This document shows, piece by piece, positions 1 through 9,866 of a DNA stretch of 64,000 nt; position 1 is the stretch's first letter; each line of letters begins with the position of its first letter. The translations under genes were made by a program, and so were the position numbers. The stretch lies in assembly GCA_001628485.1 (NCBI GenBank), contig LURR01000017.1, forward strand, positions 2,599 through 66,598, in the 5' to 3' direction. The notes under the pieces are model-generated. The model did not search any database. It was not told the DNA's origin and was given only the letters and a program-made list of their open reading frames with translations. This stretch comes from Marine group II euryarchaeote REDSEA-S11_B3N4. Lineage in GTDB: Archaea; Thermoplasmatota; Poseidoniia; Poseidoniales; Thalassarchaeaceae.

Positions 1-333
1 CCAATCCAACGCCCAACACTATCTGAGGCTGAAGAAACCGAATCTGTTCGCCTGGTGATTAGAGAAGATCCAGACTGGTCGGATAATTCCCTCGCGATTC
101 CAATCAGGAAGGACAACCAGAGAATAGTATTTGAGGAGGCTCTAATTTCTCTTTTTTTGGGAGTGCTTCCCTCCTTCTTATGGGCTTACTATAACGCAAG
201 CGACGGATATATCCGAGAGGGGTGGCTCAACCTAATTTTAGGAGGGATTTTCTTCGGTCTTTTCACTTCTCTTTTTTGGAGGCCCAAACAACCAACATGG
301 CATATTAAATCTGGAAGAATGATCAGTAAATGA
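1..333 (+). CDS. 3' portion of a hypothetical membrane protein (5'-truncated by window edge)
   Basis: Frame of ORF 55..333 stays open back to nt 1 (no stop). C-terminal hydrophobic helices (LISLFLGVLPSFLWAYY, LILGGIFFGLFTSLFW). No recognisable family. Confidence 0.3.
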   Translation, partial: PIQRPTLSEAEETESVRLVIREDPDWSDNSLAIPIRKDNQRIVFEEALISLFLGVLPSFLWAYYNASDGYIREGWLNLILGGIFFGLFTSLFWRPKQPTWHIKSGRMISK

Positions 334-340
334 GAGCAGT

Positions 341-1426
341 CTAGTTGCGTGCCCTGTCATCAATCTGTGAAGACGAACTTCCACTAGCCAAGGCAACTCT
401 TGCTTTGTTGATTCCCACTCCATAATCCCATAATAGGATGAAAGAAATAATCGGGGACAAGAAAACGGTCGTTGTACTCTTGCTAGGCGATGGCCCTAGT
501 GCTGCACCAATCCATGCTGTGATGTTGAATAAGGCTACCAGAGTGGGGAACTGGTGAACCATTGCTCTTTCAACTCCCATGGGAACTGAATCCGTGGAAA
601 TATCCCAAAATTCAGGCCAAGAAAGACCTCCGTTAAAGCATCCCCAGATGAAGGAGATAGCAGACATGGTCACAAGTATAGGAAATGAGGACACCATACT
701 GTGGCTGAATCCCCATAGCTCAGGGTACCTACTTCCTGCCAATGTTCTGACAAGTCCGTAGTTCCGTATTTGCTTCCTTACTCTTTTGACCCCCCGTCTT
801 CGATGCCACATTACGGCACTACCATCAGACCATAGTCGATATCCGGCTAACCTGATACGATGATCCATCATTACATCCTCAGCCCCAATGGCTCCCGGGT
901 CAAATGAACCTACATCGACTAGAACTTCCCTTCTGTAAGCGGAGTTCACTCCTGGTAGTTGCTCCACTTCCTCCAATTCCCCTATTGCCCTTTTTCCATA
1001 ATTTGTACCAGCAGTTAGAAACTTATTACAAAAAGCGACGTCAATAACCCTCTGCCAGAAGGTCGACTCCTCTACTGGTGCGAAATTAGGCCCCCCGACT
1101 CCCCCTACATCCGGTCTATCGAACCACCTCTCAAGCCTCTCAACCCAATCTTCTGGCACGAAAACGTCATCATCTGTAAAGAAAACAAGTTCTGACTCAG
1201 TCTCTTCGATTGCCACATTGCAAGCATCTGCTCTGTTACCAGCTCCTTTGTCATCAATATATCTGAATCCTCTACTCTCGGCCTCTACTCTCCCCTTGTC
1301 ATCTCTTGGACCAACCACAACTACCTCCATATCGTCATATGTCTGATTGGCTAGCCCATCAAGAGTAATCGCCAACTCATCCGAGTTTCTAACCGTGGGT
1401 ATAATCACGCAAACTCTACTTGGCAT
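341..1426 (-). CDS. Family-2 glycosyltransferase (GT-A fold) with C-terminal transmembrane region
   Basis: N-terminus VCVIIPTVRNSDELAITLDGLANQTY, DDD/DxD region (FFTDDDVFVPEDW), C-terminal hydrophobic segments. Typical GT2 architecture. Confidence 0.8.
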   Translation of the reverse strand: MPSRVCVIIPTVRNSDELAITLDGLANQTYDDMEVVVVGPRDDKGRVEAESRGFRYIDDKGAGNRADACNVAIEETESELVFFTDDDVFVPEDWVERLERWFDRPDVGGVGGPNFAPVEESTFWQRVIDVAFCNKFLTAGTNYGKRAIGELEEVEQLPGVNSAYRREVLVDVGSFDPGAIGAEDVMMDHRIRLAGYRLWSDGSAVMWHRRRGVKRVRKQIRNYGLVRTLAGSRYPELWGFSHSMVSSFPILVTMSAISFIWGCFNGGLSWPEFWDISTDSVPMGVERAMVHQFPTLVALFNITAWIGAALGPSPSKSTTTVFLSPIISFILLWDYGVGINKARVALASGSSSSQIDDRARN

Positions 1427-1464
1427 AAAAAACCCGGAGGGGCAGTGATTGATGAGTTCAATGG

Positions 1465-2211
1465 TCAGTCATTGACTATCCTTGGTGCAAGGAAGTAAGT
1501 CCACCTAGCCCCGCCATCGTTGCTCATCCAAGTCAGCCTCAATGGATACTTCTCTTCGAACTCAAGAGAGACTTCGTTGGTGAATCCTCCGGCTAGTTTC
1601 TTAGTCAACTCCCCAAGATACTGTAGTGAATATGTTGAGTGTGTAGGGGAGGCGCAGACAAGTTCGCTCAACTCTCCAGATTCGAACTTCACATTTACTC
1701 CCTCACCAGCCTCAACAGTTACCGAAACAGCTAGTTGATTCTTGTCCATGCTTAGGTCGACCTCACCTCCGACGAACTTTGCAGCCCTCAGTGCTCTCGA
1801 AAGCTTCTCCGATCCAATTGTTGCCTTCGACTTGAACTCCAGATTTGGCTGATTAGGATTATCCATCGTGCTAGTGTCTATGCCTCTAAGAATCATCAGA
1901 ACTTCACCCACTCTCACGTTGATGGCGCCCACCGCGTCATCATAATCCATCTCAACTAGGTCACTTGGTCCAGCTAGCGTTAGTAAATCGCGCATCTTCT
2001 GAAGGTCTAGTCCTATCTCCACAGGCTCTACCTCATATGTCTCGAAGCACTCATCGCCAATTGTTGCAGAAAGGAGGGCCACATGAGAGCCGTCAACAAC
2101 CGAAATGCTGAGGCCCTTTTCACCCCACACCAACTTCGCTTCTGATGTTAGAACTGAAAGGATATCTACGATTTCTCTCATTAGTTGCTGCTTGGCTGTA
2201 ATTCTTAGCAC
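1465..2211 (-). CDS. pcn: DNA polymerase sliding clamp PCNA
   Basis: 248 aa. Two-domain clamp pattern. C-terminal YFLAPRIVND matches the archaeal PCNA C-terminus (FLLAPRVEE). Confidence 0.8.
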   Translation of the reverse strand: MLRITAKQQLMREIVDILSVLTSEAKLVWGEKGLSISVVDGSHVALLSATIGDECFETYEVEPVEIGLDLQKMRDLLTLAGPSDLVEMDYDDAVGAINVRVGEVLMILRGIDTSTMDNPNQPNLEFKSKATIGSEKLSRALRAAKFVGGEVDLSMDKNQLAVSVTVEAGEGVNVKFESGELSELVCASPTHSTYSLQYLGELTKKLAGGFTNEVSLEFEEKYPLRLTWMSNDGGARWTYFLAPRIVND

Positions 2212-2279
2212 GTGTCCACCCCGATTTATTCTCTAACTGCCGGAGGCTCTTGATGATTATTGGCCCAAAGCCTGCGCAA

Positions 2280-2720
2280 TTACTGGTATTCCCTCCAACG
2301 ATGGCCGCATTCTTCGCAAGTGCATATCTTTGTCTCTGGTTCGTCTGAAGACCTGGTCTGCCTGAGCTCAACGTACGCTCTATCTCCGTCACATTTTGGG
2401 CATAGGTAGTCTCCTACCCTAAGAGTCCCTCTAGGGCCGTCTTCTTCCACAACCTCCGTAAGATGCTTGAGTGACTTCGAGTCTGTAGAAGCCATAGTCT
2501 TGGAAAGATCGATAGTTTCCCCAGTCATTGGATCTGTAAATTCAGCACCTTTGCCATCTTCTCCAGAAAGGGGGCCCTCATACCCACATTTGTAGTCTGG
2601 ACACTTAATCCAGCCCCGCTCATCAGGATAACTAAGTGCACCACATCTCGGACAAAACATCTCTCTCACCATTGTCCTATAAACGAGAACCGAGCATGGC
2701 TGAACCTCCCGACTATTCAA
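2280..2720 (-). CDS. tfs: Transcription factor S (TFIIS-type / RNAP subunit M family) with a ~40-aa insertion
   Basis: N-terminal Zn ribbon FCPRCG...CPDYKCGYE. C-terminal TFIIS Zn ribbon with acidic hairpin QTRSSDEPETKICTCEECGHRW. Real start probably the internal Met (MVREMFCPRCG). Confidence 0.75.
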   Translation of the reverse strand: MNSREVQPCSVLVYRTMVREMFCPRCGALSYPDERGWIKCPDYKCGYEGPLSGEDGKGAEFTDPMTGETIDLSKTMASTDSKSLKHLTEVVEEDGPRGTLRVGDYLCPKCDGDRAYVELRQTRSSDEPETKICTCEECGHRWREYQ

Positions 2721-2783
2721 CTATTCGTCTAAATTATTGGGCATACCCGCACCGTTCAAGCCAATGTACCCATTGGGACGGCT

Positions 2784-3788
2784 ATGAGAATCCACTACGA
2801 TTGGAGATTAGCAAGGGTCGTGGATGATGAAGGGAATATCGTGGATGAGTTGGAATGGGACGGTCCAATCACCCATACTAGCCTGTCAAAACGACTCAAG
2901 ATAATACAGGGAGGTAGAATTTTGCCAGAGGTCTCAACTCTTTCCGAGCGTTTCCCAGATGCAATCATCGATGAAATGGGTGCGGTATCGGACCCGCATT
3001 GGCCCAAGATTGGAGATTTGGAGCAAGTCTTCCAGAAGGCTACTTTGGAATTAGCGAAAATGGGTGTCGCAGACTCATCGGGAGATTTGGATAGGAGATT
3101 AGACATGCTCGTATCAGCAGCACAGGAGCTTAGATCATCCTGGACAACCTCCGAAGCTCGTTGTGTAGAATGGTCAGGTTTGTTCATCACTGAAGCAAAT
3201 CTTGACTCTCAGAGAAATGACATTCCAGTAGCCATATCTTCCTCAAGAACAATCTCCGAAGCATCAGAAAAGCTAGGTGTAAGTCCTCCGAAGCACCTTC
3301 CTTCAGATTTAGAATGGTCTTCTATGATCTCCCACGCCAATACAGTGACAAGATCATCAGAAATTCTAGACCAAATTGAGAATGCAATTAGAGAAATTGC
3401 GAACATCCATGCACCCTCTCTCAGCGCACTTCTTGGCCCTATTTCGGCGGCCAAATTGATATCTCTAGCAGGGGGAAGGGAGAGACTAGCACGAATGCCT
3501 TCGGGCTCACTACAGGTTCTGGGAGCGCATGCAGCAATGTCTGCACACAGGAGAGGCGCCCCTCCGCCAAAGCATGGAGCAGTGCTATTTTCAATGCCGC
3601 AGGTCAGCCGTTCTCCTAGATGGGTCAGAGGAAAGATTGCCAGATATCTTGCCGGAAAGGCCAGTATAGCAGTTCGAGTCGATCATTTTGAAGGTGAGAG
3701 ATGGGATGAATCCAAAATAGAGGAAATTAACTCCGAGATTGAGGCGATTAAGGATAAGTTCCCAAGGCCTCCGAAGAGGAGGGTATAA
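2784..3788 (+). CDS. nop5: C/D box sRNP protein Nop5 (Nop56/58 homologue)
   Basis: Nop domain: LGPISAAKLISLAGGRERLARMPSGSLQVLGAHAAMSAHRRG-PPKHGAVLFSMPQV. Immediately upstream of fibrillarin, the conserved archaeal pairing. Confidence 0.85.
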   Translation: MRIHYDWRLARVVDDEGNIVDELEWDGPITHTSLSKRLKIIQGGRILPEVSTLSERFPDAIIDEMGAVSDPHWPKIGDLEQVFQKATLELAKMGVADSSGDLDRRLDMLVSAAQELRSSWTTSEARCVEWSGLFITEANLDSQRNDIPVAISSSRTISEASEKLGVSPPKHLPSDLEWSSMISHANTVTRSSEILDQIENAIREIANIHAPSLSALLGPISAAKLISLAGGRERLARMPSGSLQVLGAHAAMSAHRRGAPPPKHGAVLFSMPQVSRSPRWVRGKIARYLAGKASIAVRVDHFEGERWDESKIEEINSEIEAIKDKFPRPPKRRV

Positions 3789-4503
3789 CCTGCCGAAGTC
3801 AGTGCAGATTTGCTGGGGCGTCAGGAAGGAAGGAAGGACACTTTGGACAAGGAATGCTGTCAAGGGGAAATCGGTCAGAGGGGAACGTAGGAAGAGGGAC
3901 AGGAAGATAGAATGGAGAAGGTGGGACCCTACCAAGTCCAAGGTAGCAGCAGCCCTTCTTAGGACATCATCCGAACCATCCTCGATTCTCCCAAGTCCAG
4001 GCTCAACTTGCCTCTATCTCGGAGCATCTAGCGGTGGGACTGTTAGCCATATTCACGATTTCGTGTGTGGAGCAGAAAATCACCACGGAGGGCAGGTCGT
4101 AGCAGTGGAAATATCTCCTAGGATGTCACGTGATCTGATTTCCCTCTCAGAATCTCGTCCCGGTATGATCCCAGTTCTTGGTGACGCAAGGAAAAGCAGG
4201 GTAATCGCGCCATTCATCAGGTCTAAGGCCGATTGGATTCACCAGGATCTCAGCATTGCTGACCAGGCAGAGACCTTCGTAAAGATGGCTATGAATTTCC
4301 TTATTCCAGGTGGAGTAGGTCTCCTAAGCCTAAAAGCAGCTAGCGAGAGATCTTCGGAAGGTGATGACAAAGCTAGATTCCACAATGCAGAGATAATCCT
4401 GAGGAACTCAGAACTCTCACTATTGGAGAGGATAGAACTTCGAGGTCTGGAGGAGCAACACGTTCTATTCGTCTGTAAATTAAGCCTCGGCGGCGAAAAC
4501 TAG
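3739..4503 (+). CDS. flpA: Fibrillarin (rRNA/tRNA 2'-O-methyltransferase)
   Basis: GSTCLYLGASSGGTVSHIHDFVCG, VVAVEISPRMSRDL, VLGDARKS are canonical fibrillarin motifs. The ORF overlaps the nop5 end; likely true start is GTG at 3802 (start uncertain). Confidence 0.85.
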   Translation: MRRLRISSQGLRRGGYNLPKSVQICWGVRKEGRTLWTRNAVKGKSVRGERRKRDRKIEWRRWDPTKSKVAAALLRTSSEPSSILPSPGSTCLYLGASSGGTVSHIHDFVCGAENHHGGQVVAVEISPRMSRDLISLSESRPGMIPVLGDARKSRVIAPFIRSKADWIHQDLSIADQAETFVKMAMNFLIPGGVGLLSLKAASERSSEGDDKARFHNAEIILRNSELSLLERIELRGLEEQHVLFVCKLSLGGEN

Positions 4504-4905
4504 TGCAAACAATCCTCCGTAGAAGAGCACAAGTAGAACGAATAAACCAATGCCTATCCAGGAAATGATTTGAGCCGCCTTCGCCATACCCTGATCTGGA
4601 TGGCCTGGATACTGGGTGGTAGTAGCTAGAGCACCATTAGCCACTATCAGTCCGGGAAGCGCAGTGCAAATTGAGCACATCACAATCCCCAATATGGAAA
4701 GGACCAGAGCAAGTACTGCATTGGTTGTAGGGAACATCGCTCCCGGGCCCCCATATTGCCCTCCTTGGACATAGATTTGCTGAGGGGCCTCTTTTGTTGC
4801 GGAAGGACTCCCTTCGAGAACGACTTCTGACTCTGGCTGATCCTCTGATGAGACCCAATCAGGGACTTCACCCTCCTCCATGAGACCACAAAATGGGATT
4901 ATCAA
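4480..4905 (-). CDS. Small membrane protein (acidic N-terminus, Q/G-rich linker, 2 TM helices; DUF4190-like architecture)
   Basis: QQIYVQGGQYGGPGAMF followed by two long hydrophobic helices. Convergently overlaps the fibrillarin 3' end by ~24 nt. Confidence 0.4.
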   Translation of the reverse strand: MIIPFCGLMEEGEVPDWVSSEDQPESEVVLEGSPSATKEAPQQIYVQGGQYGGPGAMFPTTNAVLALVLSILGIVMCSICTALPGLIVANGALATTTQYPGHPDQGMAKAAQIISWIGIGLFVLLVLFYGGLFALVFAAEA

Positions 4906-4958
4906 TTAACTCTGCCTATCTAAGAAAGGTAATGGCCTAACCATCTCAGCCTTCACAC

Positions 4959-5852
4959 ATGCCCGAGTTACCAGAGGTGGAAACGGTCCGGCTTGGTCTC
5001 GAGAGACACTTATTGGGTAGGACAATCTCTTCAGTAGAACTTCGAAGAAGTGATCTGAGATTCCCCTTCCCGAGAAATTTCGAAACCTCTCTCATCGGAA
5101 GAGTCATCGAATCAGTGGAGCGTCGTGCGAAGTACCTCCTAATCCGACTAGACGGAGATCTGACTTGGCTCTGTCATTTGGGAATGAGTGGCAGGTGGAC
5201 ACTGATTGGCGACGGAGTGATTGGGAGGCCGGGCAAGTTCTCTAGCGGGGCACCTCTGGGTAGCGGTGACGGCCCTCACGATTGGGTAGTGATCCACCTA
5301 GATAGTGGGACGAAGGCAGTCTACTCGGACCATCGTAGGTTTGGATTCATGGACTGCTTCCCCACTTCACAACAAGAAAAAAACAAGCTTCTCTCGGATT
5401 TGGGTCCGGAGCCTACTCCCGACCAATTAGCTCCACAGGATCTCGCCGAAGGACTGAGGGGTAGAAAAATGCCAATCAAATCAGCTCTCTTGGATCAGAG
5501 AATAATCGCTGGCTTGGGGAATATCTACGTCTGTGAGATACTTCACCGAGCCGGAGTTTCTCCAAGAAGAAAGGCAAGCAGTGTCGCGGGTTTATCTGGA
5601 ATCTCCAGAAGAGTCGAGAGAATCACAGCCGCAACACACGATGTAATCACGGAGGCCATAGACGCCGGGGGCTCCACTCTGCAAGATTTCAGAGGAGTAG
5701 ACGGAGATGAGGCTATGGGCTATTTCATTCACAACTTCCTAGTTTATGGAAGGGAAAATCAGCAGTGTTTGAAGGAAGGTTGCTCTGGTTCGATAAGAAG
5801 AATAGTTCAGTCTAATAGATCCACCTTCTACTGCTCATCCTGCCAACGTTGA
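4959..5852 (+). CDS. mutM: Formamidopyrimidine-DNA glycosylase / Nei family (Fpg/MutM-like)
   Basis: N-terminal MPELPEVE (catalytic Pro2/Glu3). H2TH region. C-terminal zinc finger CLKEGCSGSIRRIVQSNRSTFYCSSCQ. Confidence 0.85.
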   Translation: MPELPEVETVRLGLERHLLGRTISSVELRRSDLRFPFPRNFETSLIGRVIESVERRAKYLLIRLDGDLTWLCHLGMSGRWTLIGDGVIGRPGKFSSGAPLGSGDGPHDWVVIHLDSGTKAVYSDHRRFGFMDCFPTSQQEKNKLLSDLGPEPTPDQLAPQDLAEGLRGRKMPIKSALLDQRIIAGLGNIYVCEILHRAGVSPRRKASSVAGLSGISRRVERITAATHDVITEAIDAGGSTLQDFRGVDGDEAMGYFIHNFLVYGRENQQCLKEGCSGSIRRIVQSNRSTFYCSSCQR

Positions 5853-6538
5853 TGGACGTCCTATCTACATTATACCTCATGTCCGACCGATCCGACATGA
5901 ATGCAAAACTGATTACTGAGTTCATTGGAACCTTCTTCCTCTGCCTGACAATTTGTGTAGCCGGAGTATTCGGTCTGTCTGGTCAAAACGCCCCTTTCGC
6001 CATAGCAGGCACTCTGATGGTTATGATATATGCCGGTGCCCATATTTCCGGTGCTCACTACAATCCTGCAGTCACCATCTCGATCTGGATCAGGGGGGCA
6101 TGTGAGAAATCGGAGGTAGTGCCCTATGCTCTCTCCCAACTCGCAGCAGGATTACTAGCGGCTCTCATTGCTGCGAATCTGATTGTTACCGGTAGTATCT
6201 CTGAGGATTACCCAATTGAGATGTTCGAACCTTCGGGTATGGAGACCTCAATCATTGCATCCGAGTTACTCTTCACCTTCGCATTAGTTTTCGTAATACT
6301 CAATGTAGCAACCTCAGAATCCAATGAAGGAAACGGATACTACGGTGCTGCCATTGCATTGGTAGTCCTAGCCGGGGCTCTAACTGTAGGGAGCATATCT
6401 CTGGCTTCATTCAATCCGGCGGTCTCGCTCTCTCTGGTAGTGGTTGGGAAAATGGCTGCTTCAGACCTATGGCTGCATTTGGTACCTCAGTTGTTTGGAG
6501 CCGGGGCAGCATCTTTGGTTTACAAGTGGAATACCTAG
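5849..6538 (+). CDS. MIP-family channel (aquaporin / aquaglyceroporin)
   Basis: Two NPA boxes (SGAHYNPAVT and FNPAVSL) and six hydrophobic helices. Start ATG overlaps the fpg stop (ATGA). Confidence 0.85.
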   Translation: MMDVLSTLYLMSDRSDMNAKLITEFIGTFFLCLTICVAGVFGLSGQNAPFAIAGTLMVMIYAGAHISGAHYNPAVTISIWIRGACEKSEVVPYALSQLAAGLLAALIAANLIVTGSISEDYPIEMFEPSGMETSIIASELLFTFALVFVILNVATSESNEGNGYYGAAIALVVLAGALTVGSISLASFNPAVSLSLVVVGKMAASDLWLHLVPQLFGAGAASLVYKWNT

Positions 6539-7506
6539 TCTAACTTCTGAGACATCTCTATCCCCCTAACTAGCGCCATTAGTATCTCATTCCTAGGTGT
6601 TGGCACTCCAACCTCCTCTCCCTTAGAAATCACGGCACCACAAAGGACATCTATCTCGGTTTTTCTTCCAGCCATGAGGTCCTGAAGCATAGAAACTCTA
6701 TTCTCGGCAGTCGATTCGACCACCCTCCTTAGATAACTCTCAGAGTCGGAATCTCCTAGATCTATTCCCGATGCCTTGGCGACAGCCTCGGCCTCTCTCA
6801 TAGCCTCAATTGCCTGATGCCACAATTCTGGAACCTCTACCAAGGCCCCATTCCTTACACCTGCGATAGCACAGATTGGATTAATTGCTACATTTATCAT
6901 CAGCTTCCTCCAAATTTCTCCTTCGATATCTATTGACCAATTAGGTACCAGCCCCCCTTCATCTAGCAATGAAATGAATTCAGTAGCAATAGAATTCGGT
7001 TCAGAGGAATTAACTGAACCTAGAGAAATTGTCCCTCTCCCCGTCCAGTGGACAGCACCGTCTCCATCTCTCCAAGCGGAGTGAGTGGTAGTTCCCCCCA
7101 GCACTCGCTCCCAACCGACTCTGCTGGCAATGATTCCCGAATTTCCAAGTCCGTTCTGAATGCTGATTACTAATGCGTCTTGTTTAATCAGATCTTCAGC
7201 GATAGAAGCCAATTGGGGAGTTGAACCAGACTTGCCAGAGACAACTGCTACATCACAAGTTCCGCACACTTTCTCCTGTAGGGGGCCCTTCTCACTATCG
7301 ATAATCTCGAAACGCTCCCCTGGAATCATTTCCACAGATCCCTCGGGAGTGAATAGAGTCAGCCCCTCAAGTAAATCTCTAGCAGTCCTTCCTCTCGAAA
7401 CACAAACTAGTTCAGCATTGGTGTCAGATAGACATCCTGCGAGCACACCGCCAATCGCTCCAGTCCCAAGAATAGCAATTCTCACTCGCAACCCTCCGAT
7501 GGACAT
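6535..7506 (-). CDS. panE: 2-dehydropantoate 2-reductase (ketopantoate reductase, ApbA/PanE)
   Basis: Rossmann IAILGTGAIGG, QNGLG. C-terminal PanE signature SMLQDLMAGRKTEIDVLCGAVISKGEEVGVPTPRNE. ORF extends to 7554; the Met just before the Rossmann motif is used here. Confidence 0.8.
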   Translation of the reverse strand: MSIGGLRVRIAILGTGAIGGVLAGCLSDTNAELVCVSRGRTARDLLEGLTLFTPEGSVEMIPGERFEIIDSEKGPLQEKVCGTCDVAVVSGKSGSTPQLASIAEDLIKQDALVISIQNGLGNSGIIASRVGWERVLGGTTTHSAWRDGDGAVHWTGRGTISLGSVNSSEPNSIATEFISLLDEGGLVPNWSIDIEGEIWRKLMINVAINPICAIAGVRNGALVEVPELWHQAIEAMREAEAVAKASGIDLGDSDSESYLRRVVESTAENRVSMLQDLMAGRKTEIDVLCGAVISKGEEVGVPTPRNEILMALVRGIEMSQKLD

Positions 7507-9816
7507 CTTGCCGAAAGGTGTACAACGACTCCTGAATCGTCCGCAGTTACCCATAAGGCCCGTTCTAGAGTAGAACTACCATTCGCTACAGCTTCGACGA
7601 AATACGAATCTCCGGCGTCAATCCAGTCTCCGATGCTTACTTCCCAGATTCCAGACTGAGGGGAGTCTCCATGCCACTCCAAAGACAGTCCAATCCTCTC
7701 CGATCCTCTGTTGAAAATATAGAAAGTATCTGCCTCAATCCTCTGATTGAGGAGGATTGCAGAATGTCCTACACTAGAATCTTCTGTGGAGACGAATACA
7801 TCGGGTCCCGCGATTATCCTGAATGAGGCCAGCGAACCATCGGTACCACAAATCGCCAGCCATCCCTCTCCGCCGATACCTATCGAACCATTCCCGCTCA
7901 GATTCCCTTCAAGCCTGATCGGGGAGTAGTTGCTCATCTCTACTGACCAGTTCCCCCCAGTGTCCACTTGTGCCGCAATCTCGCTAGATGGGCAGAAAGG
8001 GGATCCTCTATCGGAGTGGGAGAGAATATCTCCGCTGGAAACGACTCCAGTAGGAATTTTCCATTGCCCATCCATGACCTGTATAGATGGCTCTGAGCCA
8101 TCAATTGAAATCAGCCATGGCCCCTCGGTCGAGTTCTCCCTCTCAAGGAAAACAATAGGGCCAAAGGATCTGCCCTGCGAATCAAAAATCTCCGAGCTCT
8201 GAATCGCGCCACTGTTTCCTCTAAGGCACAACTCCTGTATTCCCGAAGTTAGATTACTCTCGTTCATAGTCTCCCAGTAGGCTCCCTCGACGAATATATT
8301 CCCTCCATCTCCAGCATCAAAATTAGTACAAATTATCGGTTTGTCTAATCCTCCAGAAAGGCTCCAGAATGGGCCAATTAAACCCCTGCTAGAAAACTCA
8401 TGAAGCAAGATCTCATGCTCTACCTCGAAGCCTGAGACTTCGACTAGTACCTTTAGCAGATGATTCGAGAAATTCCCCTCTGGAGGGGTAATGGAGATAT
8501 CTAAGACGCTAGTCTCGGACTGCGCAACACCATCGAATCGACATGTCTCTGGAAGATCAGAACAATCGGTGCTGAGAACCCACTCCTGAGATCGAGACCC
8601 CTCAATCCTCATCTGAATCCATCCGGATACAGGCATCACCCCTTCTGGCTCCAAATTCAGCGAAATTACTTGCAACTCACCCCCGGAGAACCCTACCTCT
8701 TCTGGCCACTCTTCAGTAGAAATCCCCCCAATGTAGTCCTCCATTTCGTAGGAGGGAACAGATCCCGGCAGCCCTGCCAGGAGTACCACACTCGCTACAG
8801 CCACGAAGCGACTCTTGAACCTCTCATCTAACCCAGATTGTTCGTCAAGGACGATTGGCTGAGGGAGATTATCCGGATTGAAACGCTGCCATGCAGCTAC
8901 GAAGGCAAGGAAAACCCATGGGGTCCATTTGGCTGTTGCGAAAACCACTACCATCAGGAAGAGCACGATTAGGAACACTGATGTCTGGGTACTCCCACTC
9001 CTCATTTCCGCTGGACCAATAATTGCATGGAGTAGCCTATCCCCTGGTAGGCCTGGTATGGGGAGCATCATTATCCACCCGACTAAGGAGAGTCCTACTC
9101 CAGAAATACCAACGGGATGCAACCATTGGAGACGAATTTCCAGATGTTCCCCCAACAAAGAATCGGCTAGATAGCCAGAAATCAGACAATGGAACTGCCA
9201 ACTCGATAGATCCCAACGCCCTTCTGGATGGAATTGGAACCATATCGAGCTTCCTCTGCCCAATCGCCCCAACAATTCCGAATGGCCACCATGTAGGAAT
9301 TGGAAATACGATTGGGGCAATGTGCCCTATTTCTATCCCGAATCTCCTTGCGATAAGAACCCTGCAATAGCTTGCTATGGATAGGGTAACTAATATTGGT
9401 AGCGTGAAAAAAATCAGCGAATTCATAATTTCGCCATTTCCAGACGAATTACTATCATATCCGTATTCAGAAACCCAATGTGATCCAGCCATGGTTAGGA
9501 AAACTGACATGACTGCCCACATCAGCAAACTCTGGTAATTTCCCATCACATTGCTTCCTTGAGGAATCCTTGAGATGATCAGAACAGGGGGATTCGTCTC
9601 TTCTAGCGATCCAACCAATCCCATCGTGTCAAGGTGTGAATTGAGTTCCTCCAGCTGTTTACTAACATCCTTCCCGTCTAAACCTCTGACCTCCCATGAA
9701 TTGGGATAACTGCCCTCGTTACCTAGTTCGAAGAATCTAGAGGTTATTACCTCGAGAAGTTCTCTGGTGCCCCAGGTCTCAGTGTCAATCAAAATCTCCT
9801 CTGGCATGATGCTCAC
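7482..9816 (-). pseudogene. M50 (site-2-protease)-like polytopic membrane protein fused to a ~450-aa sequon-rich extracytoplasmic domain; split over two overlapping frames (frameshift), zinc motifs apparently degenerate
   Basis: Frame A (9816..9037) reads ...LSIASYCRVLIARRFGIEIG...; the post-HExxH 'ARRxG' region of S2P is present, but the HExxH position reads SIASY. Frame B (9320..7482) reads MLPIPGLPGDRLL (cf. NLLPIxPLDGG) then a TM helix, then a large domain with many NxS/T sequons. See findings. Confidence 0.4.
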
Positions 9817-9866
9817 TCCCTGACCATCCCCGCGGGATGTCGGATTTTACCCCTGCTCTTTGATAA

